The notes: generated by a model not told the origin, from the letters alone. 64,000 nucleotides of DNA from an uncultured Actinomycetota bacterium (GCA_963825275.1 CAWGSW010000005.1:34171-98170); one strand, 5' to 3'. Shown: positions 23,191 through 33,358, counted from the stretch's first letter. Numbers and translations: made by a program.

Positions 23191-23820
23191 TGACCGGGCA
23201 CCGTTCCGCCGGCACGCGGATGTTCGTGGCGCTGGTGCCGCCGGAGGAGGCCGTCGAGCACCTCGAGGAGTTCCTCGAGCCACGTCGCCCGGCCGGGGAG
23301 TTCCGCTGGGCCGGGCCCGAGCAGTTCCACGTCACGCTGGCCTTCCTCGCCGTCGGTCGAGGATCACCGGCTCGACGAGCTCGTCGAGCGGCTCGGGCGT
23401 GCCGCGGCACGACGTACCGCCTTCCCGACGCGGCTCGCCGGCGGCGGCGCCTTCCCCAACGTCGGCCGGGCCCGGGTGCTCTGGGCCGGCCTCGACCTCG
23501 ACGAGCAGGGCGCCACCGAGCTCGACCGGCTCGCGACGGGCGCCCGTGCGGCCGCGTCCCGCGCCGGGATCGACGTGGAGGGCAAGCGCTTCAAGCCGCA
23601 CCTCACCCTGGCGCGGCTCGGCCGGCCCGCCGAGGTCACTCGGTGGGTGCAGCTCCTCGACGCGTACGCCGGTCCGCCCTGGACCGCCGACCGGGTCACG
23701 CTCGTCGCCTCCCACCTCGGTGAAGGGCCGCGCAACCGGCCCCGCTACGAGACCGTCGAGGAGTTCGTCCTGGCGGAACGACCCGGTGAGGTGGGACGTG
23801 TCACCACGCCGAGAACGTGA
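23190..23820 (+). CDS. thpR: RNA 2',3'-cyclic phosphodiesterase (2H family; frameshift near 23355)
   Basis: RMFVALVPP, two HxT motifs (FHVTLAF, PHLTLAR), YET near the end. Confidence 0.85.
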
Positions 23821-23862
23821 GATGCCTGTTCGGATGGCGAGAACTGCCCTAGGTTGCGGCGG

Positions 23863-25013
23863 GTGAAGATCGCAGTAGCAAGGGAGACCCGCGACGGGGA
23901 GGCCCGGGTCGCGATGGTGCCCGAGCTGGTCGGCAAGCTGACCGGCCTGGGGTACGACGTCGCCGTCGAGCCGGGCGCCGGGCCGCGCGGCGCTGATCGC
24001 CGACGAGGAGTTCCTGGACGCCGGGGCGACCGTCGACGACCGGGCGCTCGAGGACGCCGACCTGGTCGTCTCGGTCCAGCCGTTGTCCATCGACGCGATC
24101 CGCCGGCTCCCACGGGGTGCCTCGACGATCTCGTTCCTGCCGACCGGTCAGGAGCGCGACGTGGTGCGCGACCTGCGGGACTGCGGCGATCACGTCGTTC
24201 GCGATGGAGCTGGTGCCGCGCATCTCGCGCGCGCAGTCGATGGACGCGCTGTCCTCGCAGGCGCTGGTCGCGGGCTACCGCTGCGCGATCGTCGCGGCCG
24301 GCCTGCTGCGCCGCTTCTTCCCGCTGAACATGACCGCCGCCGGCACGGTGCAGCCGGCCCAGATCGTGGTGCTCGGCGCCGGCGTCGCCGGGCTGCAGGC
24401 GATCGCGACCGCGAAGCGCCTCGGCGCCGTCGTCAAGGCGTACGACGTGCGCGCCGCCGCCGCCGAGGAGATCCGCTCGATGGGCGCCCAGGCGATCGAG
24501 CTCGAGCTCGAGACGCTCGAGGGGGCCGGTGGCTACGCCCGCGAGATGACCGAGGACCGGGCTGCCCGGCAGCGCGAGCTGCTCGACGCCGTACATCGCG
24601 GACGCGGACGCCCTGATCACGACCGCCGCCGTGCCCGGCCGGCAGGCGCCGATGCTGGTGACGCAGCGAGATGGTCGAGCAGATGAAGCCCGGGTCGGTC
24701 GTGGTCGACCTGGCCGCCGAGACCGGCGGCAACGTCGAGGGCTCGGTCGCCGGCGAGGTCGTGCGGATCGGCAACGCCCAGGTCTGGGGCGGGCGCAACG
24801 TGCCCTCGCAGATGCCCGGCCCGGCCTCGCGGCTCTACGCGCAGAACGTCGTCAACCTGGTCACCCTGATGACCGAGTCGTCCGAGGACGAGGGCGGCGC
24901 GCAGTTCGCCCCCGACTTCGACGACGAGATCGTGACCGGCTCCTGCGTCACCCACGACGGCGCCATCCGGCACGAGCCCACCCGTGAACGTCCTGGAAGG
25001 GGCCGACCAGTGA
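23863..25013 (+). CDS. pntA: NAD(P) transhydrogenase alpha subunit part 1 (domain I; multiple frameshifts)
   Basis: ETRDGEARVAMVP, RAQSMDALSSQ, VVLGAGVAGLQAI, VVDLAAETGGN, SRLYAQN; ends at a GTGA overlap with the next gene. Confidence 0.9.
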
Positions 25014-25350
25014 GCGAGCCCATCGTCTGGCTGACGATCTTCGTGCTCAGCGTCTTCGTCGGCATCGAGGTGATCTCCAAGGTCTCCTCGACGCTGCACA
25101 CGCCGCTGATGTCCGGCGCCAACGCCATCCACGGGATCATCCTGCTCGGCGCGATCATCGTGACCGGCACGACCGACAACACGGTCGCCCTGGTCGTCGG
25201 GCTGGTCGCGATCGTGCTGGCGGCGATCAACATGGTCGGCGGCTTCGTGGTCACCGACCGGATGCTGCAGATGTTCGTGCGCAAGAAGAAGAGGTCCCGA
25301 GCGCGACCGACGGAGCCGGCTCGACCGGCACGGCCGGGGGTGCGGCATGA
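25010..25350 (+). CDS. pntA: NAD(P) transhydrogenase alpha subunit part 2 (membrane; frameshift in tail)
   Basis: LHTPLMSGANAIHG, INMVGGFVVTDRMLQMF. Confidence 0.85.
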
Positions 25351-26733
25351 CTCCCACCTGGGTCCAGCTGACCTACCTCGCCTGCGCGGTCTGCTTCATC
25401 CTCGCGCTCAAGGGCCTCTCCGGGCCGAAGACCGCCCGGATCGGCAACCTCATCGGGGCCGCTGGCGGCGGTCGTCGCCGTGGCCGTCCCGTTCTTCTAC
25501 CTCGACCTCGACCACATCCCGCTGATCCTGGTCGCGATCGCGCTCGGCACGGCCGGCGGCGTCGTCGGGGCCCAGCGGGTCCAGATGACGCAGATGCCGC
25601 AGATGGTGGCGCTGTTCAACGGCGTCGGCGGTGGCGCCGCGGCCCTGGTCGCCCTGCTGGAGCTGCACGAGATCCTGCCGCACGCCGACGAGCGAGAACT
25701 GGTTCGTGCTGGCCGCGACCGCGTTCACGATCGTGGTCGGCTCGATCTCCTTCGCCGGCTCGGTCGTCACCTTCGCCAAGCTCCAGGAGCTGATGACCTC
25801 GCGTCCGGTGGTCTTCCCGGGCCTGCCGATCGCGTTCGCCGTCGCGCTGCTCGCCGCGATCGCGCTCTCGGTGATGACCGTGACCGACCCGGCGGTCTGG
25901 ATCGGCATCGTGCTCGGCCTGCTCGGCCTGGTCATCGGGCTGCTGCTGGTGCTGCCCGGTCGGCGGCGCCGACGTCCCGATCGTGATCTCGCTGCTCAAC
26001 GCGTTCACCGGCCTGACCGTGGCCGCGGGCGGCTACGTGCTGGACAACGTCGTGCTCCTCGTCGCCGGCACGCTCGTCGGTGCCTCCGGAACGTTCCTGA
26101 CCATGCTCATGGCCAACGCGATGGGCCGCTCGGTCGCCAACATCCTGTTCGGCGCCCTCAAGGGCGGCTCCACGCTCGGTGCCGGCGTGGCGAGTCGACC
26201 GGCCGGTCCGGAGTGCCGGCCCCGAGGACGTCGCGATCCTGCTCGGGTACGCCGACCGCGTGATCATCGTGCCCGGCTACGGCCTGGCCGTGGCCCAGGC
26301 GCAGCACACGCTGCGCGAGCTGGTCGACGTGCTCATCGCGCGGGGGACGCGCGTCGACTACGCGATCCACCCGGTCGCCGGCCGGATGCCCGGTCACATG
26401 AACGTGCTGCTCGCCGAGGCCCAGGTGCCCTACGAGCAGCTCAAGGAGATGGACGAGATCAACAGCGAGTTCAAGCAGACCGACGTGGTGCTGGTCGTCG
26501 GCGCCAACGACGTGGTCAACCCGGCGGCGAAGACCAGCCCGGGTGCGCCGATCTACGGGATGCCGATCCTCAACGCCGACGAGGCCCAGCAGGTCGTCTT
26601 CATGAAGCGGTCGATGCGCCCCGGCTTCGCCGGCATCGAGAACGAGCTGCTCTTCGAGCCCAAGACCACGCTGCTCTTCGGCGACGCCAAGGAGTCGCTC
26701 GGCAAGCTGCTCAGCGCGGTCAAGGCCCTGTGA
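25347..26733 (+). CDS. pntB: NAD(P) transhydrogenase beta subunit (multiple frameshifts)
   Basis: TQMPQMVALFNGVGG, ISLLNAFTG, MANAMGRS, IVPGYGLAVAQAQH, HPVAGRMPGHMNVLLAE, GANDVVNPAA, GMPIL, LFGDAK. Confidence 0.92.
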
Positions 26734-26804
26734 CGCTGGGCCCCGTGAGATCGGGCCCCGTGAGATCGGGCCCTGTGACGCAGGGCCCAGTGACCTCGGG
26801 ACCG
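26730..26804 (+). repeat. Five degenerate tandem copies of a 15-bp unit (GTGAnnnnGGGCCCn)
   Basis: GTGACGCTGGGCCCC / GTGAGATCGGGCCCC / GTGAGATCGGGCCCT / GTGACGCAGGGCCCA / GTGACCTCGGGACCG, read directly. Confidence 0.9.
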
Positions 26805-26822
26805 CAGGATCGTTGGACCACC

Positions 26823-26999
26823 ATGGTTGACGAGGACGACGAGCGCATGGCGCGCCCCGACGGACACCGCTACGACGCCCCCGAGTCGGAGGAGTCCCGG
26901 AGCAGCAAGGAGTGGACCTACGCCGTGCTCGGCATCCTGGTCGTCCTGCTCATGGTCCTGATCGCGACCGGCAAGGTCCAGATCTTCCCGGGCGGTTAG
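26823..26999 (+). CDS. Small acidic protein with a C-terminal TM helix
   Basis: [18 protein letters not shown]...[29 protein letters not shown]; alternative in-frame GTG at 26730. Confidence 0.55.
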   Translation: MVDEDDERMARPDGHRYDAPESEESRSSKEWTYAVLGILVVLLMVLIATGKVQIFPGG

Positions 27000-27637
27000 C
27001 CCGCGACGCCGTACAACCGGTCGCCCGCGTCGCCCAGCCCGGGCACGATGTAGCCCTTCTCGTTGAGCTTCTCGTCCATGGCGGCCGTGACGATGGTGAC
27101 CGGCACCTCGAGCCCGGCCAGGTCGCGCTCCAGCCGCTCGCAGCCCTCGGGCGCGGCGAGCAGGCAGATCGCGGTGATGTGGTCGGCGCCCCGGTCGGTG
27201 AGGAACTTGATGGCGGCGGCGAGCGTGCCACCGGTGGCCAGCATCGGGTCGAGGACGTAGCACTGGCGGCCGGAGAGGTCCTCGGGCAGCCGCTCGGCGT
27301 ACGTCGCCGCCTCCAGCGTCTCCTCGTTGCGCACCATGCCGAGGAAGCCCACCTCGGCCGTCGGCAGCAGCCGCATCATCCCGTCGAGCATGCCGAGCCC
27401 GGCGCGCAGGATCGGCACCACCAGCGGCTTCGGCGTCGCGAGCTTCACGCCCGTCGTGGGCGCCACCGGGGTCATGATCTCGCTGGGCTCGACGCGCACG
27501 TCCCGGGTCGCTTCGTAGGCCAGCAGGGTGACCAGCTCGTCGGCCAGCCGGCGGAACGTCGGCGAGTCGGTGGTCTCGTCGCGCAGGGCGGTGAGCTTGT
27601 GGGCCACGAGAGGGTGGTCGACGACGTGGGTGCGCAT
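26996..27637 (-). CDS. upp: Uracil phosphoribosyltransferase
   Basis: [50 protein letters not shown]. Confidence 0.97.
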   Translation of the reverse strand: MRTHVVDHPLVAHKLTALRDETTDSPTFRRLADELVTLLAYEATRDVRVEPSEIMTPVAPTTGVKLATPKPLVVPILRAGLGMLDGMMRLLPTAEVGFLGMVRNEETLEAATYAERLPEDLSGRQCYVLDPMLATGGTLAAAIKFLTDRGADHITAICLLAAPEGCERLERDLAGLEVPVTIVTAAMDEKLNEKGYIVPGLGDAGDRLYGVAG

Positions 27638-27764
27638 GGCGCAAACCCTAGTCCAGCCGGGCGGTACGACGACGGTGGACCACTGCGTATGGGGGTTGGC
27701 CGTGCGGTCCCCGTCTGTCAGTCTGGTGGCGTTCCGGAGTCACGCACACGAGCGGAGGAGTGCC

Positions 27765-28250
27765 ATGACAGAGCAGGCCGACGGAGTCGACTTCGCCCTG
27801 GCCGCCTATCGTGAGGAAGGCGTCTGGCGGGTCCAGGAGCTCGCCCACGACGTCCTCGGTGACCTCGAGACCCTCGCCCACGCCCTGCGCCGGTTCCCCG
27901 GTGACGGTGGTGCGGTGGGCCTGATCGCGATCGACGAGGACTTCTTCGTGATCGTGCGCGCCGTCGGTGCCACGACCCGGGTGCTGCTGTCCGACGTCAC
28001 CGCGGCCGACGAGTGGGAGCTCGCCAGCTCGGTGCTCGAGTTCCTCCACCTCCCGATGCCGGAGGACGAGGACGAGCAGGTGCCGGCCGGCGACCTCGAC
28101 CTGCTGGGCGACATGGGCATGCACGCCATGGACATGGCCGTGCTCGTCGACGACTACGAGCTCTACCCCGACGAGATGCTCTCCGACATCGCCCGGCGCC
28201 TGGGCTTCGGCACCCTCTTCGACGAGGCCGTCGGCCTCGCGTCTGCCTGA
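27765..28250 (+). CDS. tRNA adenosine deaminase-associated protein (TIGR03941-like)
   Basis: Acidic protein (DFALAAYREEGVW...DEDFFVIVR...PAGDLDLL.D.G...LYPDEML..IA.RLGF) directly upstream of tadA. Confidence 0.8.
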   Translation: MTEQADGVDFALAAYREEGVWRVQELAHDVLGDLETLAHALRRFPGDGGAVGLIAIDEDFFVIVRAVGATTRVLLSDVTAADEWELASSVLEFLHLPMPEDEDEQVPAGDLDLLGDMGMHAMDMAVLVDDYELYPDEMLSDIARRLGFGTLFDEAVGLASA

Positions 28251-28269
28251 CCCGGCTGCTGACCGCCCG

Positions 28270-28737
28270 ATGACCTCGTCGTACGACGCGTGGCGCGAGC
28301 CGATGCGCGCCGCCCTGGCCGAGGCGGTCGCCGCACGCGACACCGGCGACGTCCCGATCGGCGCCGTCGTGCTCGACGCCGACGGGGTGGTGCTCGGCCG
28401 CGGGCGCAACGTCCGCGAGGCCGACGCGGACCCCACGGGCCATGCCGAGGTGGTCGCCCTGCGCGAGGCCGCCCGCCGGCGGGGGGAGTGGCGGCTGGAG
28501 GGCTGCACCCTCGTCGTGACCCTGGAGCCGTGCACGATGTGCGCCGGCGCCGCCGTGCTGAGCCGGGTCGAGCGGATCGTCTTCGGCGCCTTCGACCCGA
28601 AGGCGGGCGCCGTGGGCAGCCTGTGGGACGTCGTGCGGGACCGGCGGCTCAACCACCGGCCCGAGGTGGTGTCCGGGGTGCTGGCCGAGGAGTCCACCGC
28701 GCTGCTCGACGACTTCTTCCGGGCCCAGCGGGCCTGA
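28270..28737 (+). CDS. tadA: tRNA adenosine(34) deaminase
   Basis: DVPIGAV, DPTGHAEVVALR, TLEPCTMCAGA, DPKAGAVGS, LNHRP. Confidence 0.92.
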   Translation: MTSSYDAWREPMRAALAEAVAARDTGDVPIGAVVLDADGVVLGRGRNVREADADPTGHAEVVALREAARRRGEWRLEGCTLVVTLEPCTMCAGAAVLSRVERIVFGAFDPKAGAVGSLWDVVRDRRLNHRPEVVSGVLAEESTALLDDFFRAQRA

Positions 28738-28749
28738 ACGGGAGGCGAA

Positions 28750-28855
28750 CCCGCCCCCAGCCCATGTCCCGCCCCCAGCCCATGTAACGCGGGGTTATTG
28801 CTACCGCCACAGCGGCAGGACGCCCTGATGGCAGCCACAACCCCGCGTTACATGG
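28750..28855. repeat. REP-like palindromic element preceded by an 18-bp tandem duplication
   Basis: CCCGCCCCCAGCCCATGT twice (28750-28785); perfect 17-bp inverted arms CCATGTAACGCGGGGTT (28780-28796) and AACCCCGCGTTACATGG (28839-28855). Confidence 0.85.
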
Positions 28856-28871
28856 CCTGAGCGCGCCGCCC

Positions 28872-29249
28872 TTACTCGGGGGGACCCTGTCGAGCCGCTG
28901 GCGTCCGACCCGCCGACGGGCGGACGCTTTCGCGGGGCCGATGCCGGGCCAACGCTGTCGCCACCGCTGCCAGGGCCACCGCTGCGGAGCCGCCGGCGAC
29001 TGCCCAGGCGAAGCGGCCGTGCCCCGCGTCGCGGCACCTGGTAGCGATCTCCTCAGCGTCGGACGGCGGTTCGCCGCCGGGGTAGTTGTCCGCGTGGTTG
29101 AGCGTCGTGTCCCACGGCGCGAGGCAGGTGTAGTCCCCGCCTCGGCTCGTGCCGCTGATGTCGGGGTTGTCGAACGTCAGCCAGATCGCCGCCACGGCGA
29201 GCGCCCCCGCGAGCGCGGCAAGGAGGGCAGGGACTCGTGGGGCAGGCAT
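28872..29249 (-). CDS. Hypothetical membrane protein (two TM helices around a Cys-paired loop)
   Basis: Hydrophobic N- and C-terminal segments; YTCLAPWD...RCRDAG. Confidence 0.6.
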   Translation of the reverse strand: MPAPRVPALLAALAGALAVAAIWLTFDNPDISGTSRGGDYTCLAPWDTTLNHADNYPGGEPPSDAEEIATRCRDAGHGRFAWAVAGGSAAVALAAVATALARHRPRESVRPSAGRTPAARQGPPE

Positions 29250-29336
29250 GCCGTGCATGGTGACGGTGATCGGCTCGCCCGGAAACCGCGACACACCGTG
29301 TCAGTCCAGCGTCGAGGCCCGGGCCACCGGCTCCGC

Positions 29337-30158
29337 TCAGGTGGACAACGCAGCTTGGTCCCGCCGATTCACGATCGTGTCGCTAGGCAGCGCGGCCAGG
29401 TCGCCGAACTCGTCTCGGATGACCTCGTACTGATGGATGGCCTCCCAGAATTGGGAACTCACCCTCTCGATCCAGTTCGGCGAGGGCTTCCATCCGCAGG
29501 AATCGAGGACCCCGATGCTGCCTCCAAGACGTATCTGTTCCTGCAGCAGCTCCAGCGCGTCCGTCAACTGTCGCATGCGACCCAGGTCTTCTGCATGTCG
29601 CGCGGACGTAAGCATCACCGGCGACCAAAGAGCCGTCACCTCCTGCAGCCGCCGGCGCATGAGTGCGGTACGGCGAAACATCCGGCTGACAAATTCCGGG
29701 TCATGCAGGAGGTCGCGCAGCACTGGGCGGAGGGCCTGACCACGCTCTCGGTTCCATGAACCGGTGGTCTCCGCGAAGGTGGGTCGGTGTCCCCGTCCCT
29801 CCAGCAATTCGAGGTCCTCATCTGCCTGAGACGGAGTCGCTCCCGGAATGCCGAGCAGGTAGAGGTCAGCGCCCGTCAGGGGCGCCAAGAGTGTCCGGCC
29901 GGCGTCGTTGGCGTACTGCGCCAGGCTGCGGTAAGCCACCGTTGAGATAAGGCTGAGGCGCCCGGCTTCGCGCTCGCGAAGCCACTCTTCCAGGAACATG
30001 CCGGCAGCGACGAAGCCGAGCGTGGTCGCAATGGCTGACGAAGTCATCGGATGTGTGGCGTACCACCCGCCTGAGGGCATCACGAAGTCGAGGAGGCAGA
30101 GAAGGAGCAGCACCCCACCTGCAGCGAAGACCCGTGTCAGATGACGGCGTTGGAACAT
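29337..30158 (-). CDS. Orphan protein with two N-terminal TM helices
   Basis: 273-aa open frame, visibly more AT-rich than its neighbours; no recognised motif. Confidence 0.55.
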   Translation of the reverse strand: MFQRRHLTRVFAAGGVLLLLCLLDFVMPSGGWYATHPMTSSAIATTLGFVAAGMFLEEWLREREAGRLSLISTVAYRSLAQYANDAGRTLLAPLTGADLYLLGIPGATPSQADEDLELLEGRGHRPTFAETTGSWNRERGQALRPVLRDLLHDPEFVSRMFRRTALMRRRLQEVTALWSPVMLTSARHAEDLGRMRQLTDALELLQEQIRLGGSIGVLDSCGWKPSPNWIERVSSQFWEAIHQYEVIRDEFGDLAALPSDTIVNRRDQAALST

Positions 30159-30230
30159 TGGGCGATCGTAGGCGGCCGAGAGCTTCGCGCCGTCCTTCGC
30201 CGCGCACGCCCGAGGGGCATGATGAGCGGC

Positions 30231-30971
30231 ATGCGAGTCGCGTTGATGGTCACCTGCATCAACGACGCGATGTATCCCGACACCGGCAAGGCCGTGGTCA
30301 CCCTGCTGCGCCGCCTCGGCGTGGACGTCGAGTTCCCGGCGGCCCAGACCTGCTGCGCGCAGCCGATGGTCAACACCGGCTACCTCGACGAGGCGGTCCC
30401 CGTGGTCCGCACCTTCGTCGACGCGTTCGCGGGGTACGACGCGATCGTGACGCCGTCCGGCTCGTGCGCCGGGGCCGCCCGGCACCAGCACGGGATCGTG
30501 GCCCGGCGCTCGGGTGACCCGGCGCTGGCCTCGGCGGTGGCCGAGACCGCGCCGAGGGTGCACGAGCTGAGCGAGTTCCTCGTCGACGTGCTGGGCGTGA
30601 CCGACGTGGGGGCCTACTTCCCGCACCGGGTGACCTACCACCCCACCTGCCACTCGCTGCGGATGCTCGGCGTGGGGGACCGGCCGCGCCGGCTGCTCGA
30701 GGCGGTGCAGGGGCTGACCCTGGTCGACCTGCCGGCGGCCGAGGAGTGCTGCGGGTTCGGGGGCACGTTCGCGATGAAGAACGCCGACACGTCGGTGGCG
30801 ATGGGCTCCGACAAGGCCCGCCACGTCCGGGAGACCGGCGCGGAGATCCTCGTGGCCGGCGACAACTCCTGCCTGATGCACGTGGGCGGGCTGCTGTCGC
30901 GGCAGCGCTCGGGCGTGCGCACCATGCACCTGGCCGAGATCCTGGTCGCGACGCAGGGAGCGACACCATGA
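30231..30971 (+). CDS. lutA: L-lactate utilization protein A (CCG-domain Fe-S protein)
   Basis: VTCINDAMYP, QTCCAQP, SGSCAG, YHPTCHSLR, ECCGFGGTF, DNSCLMH. Confidence 0.9.
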   Translation: MRVALMVTCINDAMYPDTGKAVVTLLRRLGVDVEFPAAQTCCAQPMVNTGYLDEAVPVVRTFVDAFAGYDAIVTPSGSCAGAARHQHGIVARRSGDPALASAVAETAPRVHELSEFLVDVLGVTDVGAYFPHRVTYHPTCHSLRMLGVGDRPRRLLEAVQGLTLVDLPAAEECCGFGGTFAMKNADTSVAMGSDKARHVRETGAEILVAGDNSCLMHVGGLLSRQRSGVRTMHLAEILVATQGATP

Positions 30972-32449
30972 GCGGCACGTTCGTCGGCATGCCTGCCTTC
31001 CCCGAGGCCGCCCGGGCCGCGCTCGGCGACAGCCAGCTGCGGCACAACCTGGCCCACGCGACCGCCACGATCCGCGACAAGCGGGCCCGGGTCGTCGCCG
31101 AGGTCGACGGCTGGGAGGACCTGCGGCTCACCGGCGCGGCGATCAAGGAGTCGGCGCTGCGCGACCTGGAGCGTCATCTCGTGGAGCTCGAGGCCTCGCT
31201 GCAGGCCCGCGGGGCCGTCGTGCACTGGGCCAACGACGCGGCCGAGGCCAACGCGATCGTGGCGCAGATCGCGCGGGACCACGGGGTGGACGAGGTCGTG
31301 AAGGTCAAGTCGATGGCCACCCAGGAGATCGGCCTCAACGAGGCGCTGGCCGAGCACGGCATCGCCGCCTGGGAGACCGACCTGGCCGAGCTGATCGTGC
31401 AGCTCGGGGAGGACCTGCCGTCCCACATCCTGGTGCCGGCCATCCACCGCAACCGGGCCGAGATCCGCGAGATCTTCCGGGAGCGGATGGCGGGCGCCGG
31501 CCGGCCCGCGCCCGAGGGACTCACCGACGACCCCGCCGCGCTCGCGGGTGCCGCCCGGCTGCACCTGCGGGAGAAGTTCCTGCGCGCCAAGGTCGCCGTC
31601 TCCGGAGCCAACTTCGCCATCGCCGAGACCGGCACCCTCGTGGTGGTCGAGTCCGAGGGCAACGGCCGGATGTGCCTGACGCTGCCCGAGGTGCTCGTCT
31701 CGGTCGTCGGGATCGAGAAGGTGGTGCCGACCTGGTCCGACCTCGACGCGTTCCTCCGGCTCCTGCCCCGGTCCTCGACCGGTGAGCGGATGAACCCCTA
31801 CACCTCGACCTGGTCCGGGGTCACCCCTGGCGACGGCCCGCAGGAGGTGCACGTCGTACTCCTCGACAACGGACGCACGCGTGCCCTCGCCGACGACGTC
31901 GGCCGCCAGGCGCTGCGCTGCATCCGCTGCTCGGCCTGCCTCAACGTCTGCCCGGTCTACGAGCGGGTCGGCGGCCACGCCTACGGCTCGGTCTACCCCG
32001 GCCCGATCGGCGCGATCCTCAACCCGCTGATGAAGGGGGTGGGGGTCGACGAGCAGACCGACTCCCTGCCCTACGCCTCGTCCCTGTGCGGCGCGTGCTT
32101 CGAGGTCTGCCCCGTGCGGATCGACATCCCCGAGGTCCTGGTGCACCTGCGGTCGAAGGTCGTCGACGGGCACCGCGACGACACCGTGCCCAAGGCCGAG
32201 GCGGTCGCCATGAAGGCCACGGCCTGGACGTTCTCCGACGCGCGTCGCCTGGCCCGGGCCGAACGCGCGTCCGGCGTCGCCGGGCGGGTGCTCGGCCGCT
32301 TCGGTCGTACGACGTTGCCCGGCGGGCGCGCTGCCGCGGGACGCCTGCCCGGGCCGGCCTCGGCCTGGACCGGGGCCCGCGACCTGCCCGCGCCGCCGCG
32401 TGAGTCGTTCCGGGCCTGGTGGCAGCGGACGAGGGGAGGCCGCTCATGA
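30968..32449 (+). CDS. lutB: L-lactate utilization protein B (LUD + 4Fe-4S)
   Basis: VKVKSMATQEI, ETDLAE, PSHILVPAIH, ESEGNGR, CIRCSACLNVCP, YPGPIGA, CGACFEVCPVRIDIP. Confidence 0.92.
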   Translation: MSGTFVGMPAFPEAARAALGDSQLRHNLAHATATIRDKRARVVAEVDGWEDLRLTGAAIKESALRDLERHLVELEASLQARGAVVHWANDAAEANAIVAQIARDHGVDEVVKVKSMATQEIGLNEALAEHGIAAWETDLAELIVQLGEDLPSHILVPAIHRNRAEIREIFRERMAGAGRPAPEGLTDDPAALAGAARLHLREKFLRAKVAVSGANFAIAETGTLVVVESEGNGRMCLTLPEVLVSVVGIEKVVPTWSDLDAFLRLLPRSSTGERMNPYTSTWSGVTPGDGPQEVHVVLLDNGRTRALADDVGRQALRCIRCSACLNVCPVYERVGGHAYGSVYPGPIGAILNPLMKGVGVDEQTDSLPYASSLCGACFEVCPVRIDIPEVLVHLRSKVVDGHRDDTVPKAEAVAMKATAWTFSDARRLARAERASGVAGRVLGRFGRTTLPGGRAAAGRLPGPASAWTGARDLPAPPRESFRAWWQRTRGGRS

Positions 32450-33045
32450 GCGCCCGCGACGAGATCCTCGGCCGGGTCCGGTCCGCCCTGGCCGGCGTCG
32501 ACCCCGGCGGCGAGGTACCCGCTCCACCGCGGGCCGCGCCGGTGCCCGCCGGAGACCCTGTCCTGGTGGACCTGTTCGCCGAGCGGGTCGCGGACTACCG
32601 GGCCGTCGTCCAGCGGTGCACCCCGGAGGACCTGGCCGCCACCGTGGCTGCCGCACTGCCCCCGGGCGCCAGCGTGGTCGTGGCTCCCGGTCTGGGCTTC
32701 GACGTCCCCGGCGCGGTGGTCGACGACGGGTTGTCGTCCGCGGAGCTGGACCGCATCGACGCTGTGGTGACCGAGGCCCGCGTGGGGATCGCCGAGACCG
32801 GCACCGTCGTGCTCGACCACGGCCCGGGCCAGGGTCGTCGCGCGATCTCGCTGGTCCCCGACCGGCACGTCTGCGTCGTACGCGCCGAGCAGATCGTCGC
32901 GGACGTCCCGGACGCCGTCGCCCTGCTGGATCCGCTGCGCCCGCTCACCTGGATCAGCGGGCCGAGCGCCACCAGCGACATCGAGCTCGACCGGGTCGAG
33001 GGCGTGCACGGTCCCCGGCACCTGCACGTGATCGTGGTCGGCTGA
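32446..33045 (+). CDS. lutC: L-lactate utilization protein C (LUD domain)
   Basis: MSARDEILGRVR, GIAETGT, RRAISLVPDRH, ISGPSATSDIELDRVEGVHGPR. Confidence 0.9.
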   Translation: MSARDEILGRVRSALAGVDPGGEVPAPPRAAPVPAGDPVLVDLFAERVADYRAVVQRCTPEDLAATVAAALPPGASVVVAPGLGFDVPGAVVDDGLSSAELDRIDAVVTEARVGIAETGTVVLDHGPGQGRRAISLVPDRHVCVVRAEQIVADVPDAVALLDPLRPLTWISGPSATSDIELDRVEGVHGPRHLHVIVVG

Positions 33046-33072
33046 GCGCGCCCCCGGCCCAGCCCCCGCGCT

Positions 33073-33135
33073 TGTAACGCGGTGTTGTTGCTACCTCCAC
33101 AGCGTCAGGACGCCCGGGTGGCAGCCACAACCCCG
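33073..33135. repeat. Second, truncated copy of the REP-like element at 28783-28845
   Basis: TGTAACGCGGTGTTGTTGCTACCTCCACAGCGTCAGGACGCCCGGGTGGCAGCCACAACCCCG; 57/63 identical to the first copy, same orientation. Confidence 0.85.
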
Positions 33136-33196
33136 TGCCAGAGCCCGCGCGAGGGTCGATTTCACCCCGCGAGACGGCTCCGGTAATCTCTCCGGC

Positions 33197-33286
33197 GGTG
33201 GCGTGTCCGAGCGGCCTAAGGAGAACGCCTCGAAAGCGTTTGTCGGTGCAAGCCGACCGAGGGTTCAAATCCCTCCGCCACCGCCA
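33197..33286 (+). tRNA. trnS-CGA: tRNA-Ser (anticodon CGA)
   Basis: Acceptor GGTGGCG/CGCCACC + G + CCA; anticodon arm AACGC-CT-CGA-AA-GCGTT; long variable arm GTCGG-TGCAAG-CCGAC; T-loop GGTTCAAATCC. Confidence 0.97.
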
Positions 33287-33315
33287 TGGGGCTTCGACAG
33301 TTTCGGAGCCCATCG

Positions 33316-33358
33316 ATCGACAGAAACCCGCCCTTTGCCGGGGCGGGTTTCTGTCGAT
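33316..33358. terminator. Strong hairpin downstream of tRNA-Ser
   Basis: ATCGACAGAAACCCGCCC-TTTGCCG-GGGCGGGTTTCTGTCGAT: perfect 18-bp stem. Confidence 0.75.

Noticed and set aside
24671-25525. Apparent fusion of pntAA C-terminus, pntAB and extra sequence in one ORF
   Set aside because: GTGA (25010-25013) and ATGA (25347-25350) overlaps mark the usual gene boundaries; the fusion is explained by nearby indels.
26730-26804. Possible mini-CRISPR
   Set aside because: The units are contiguous 15-mers with no spacers, and there are no cas genes in the window.
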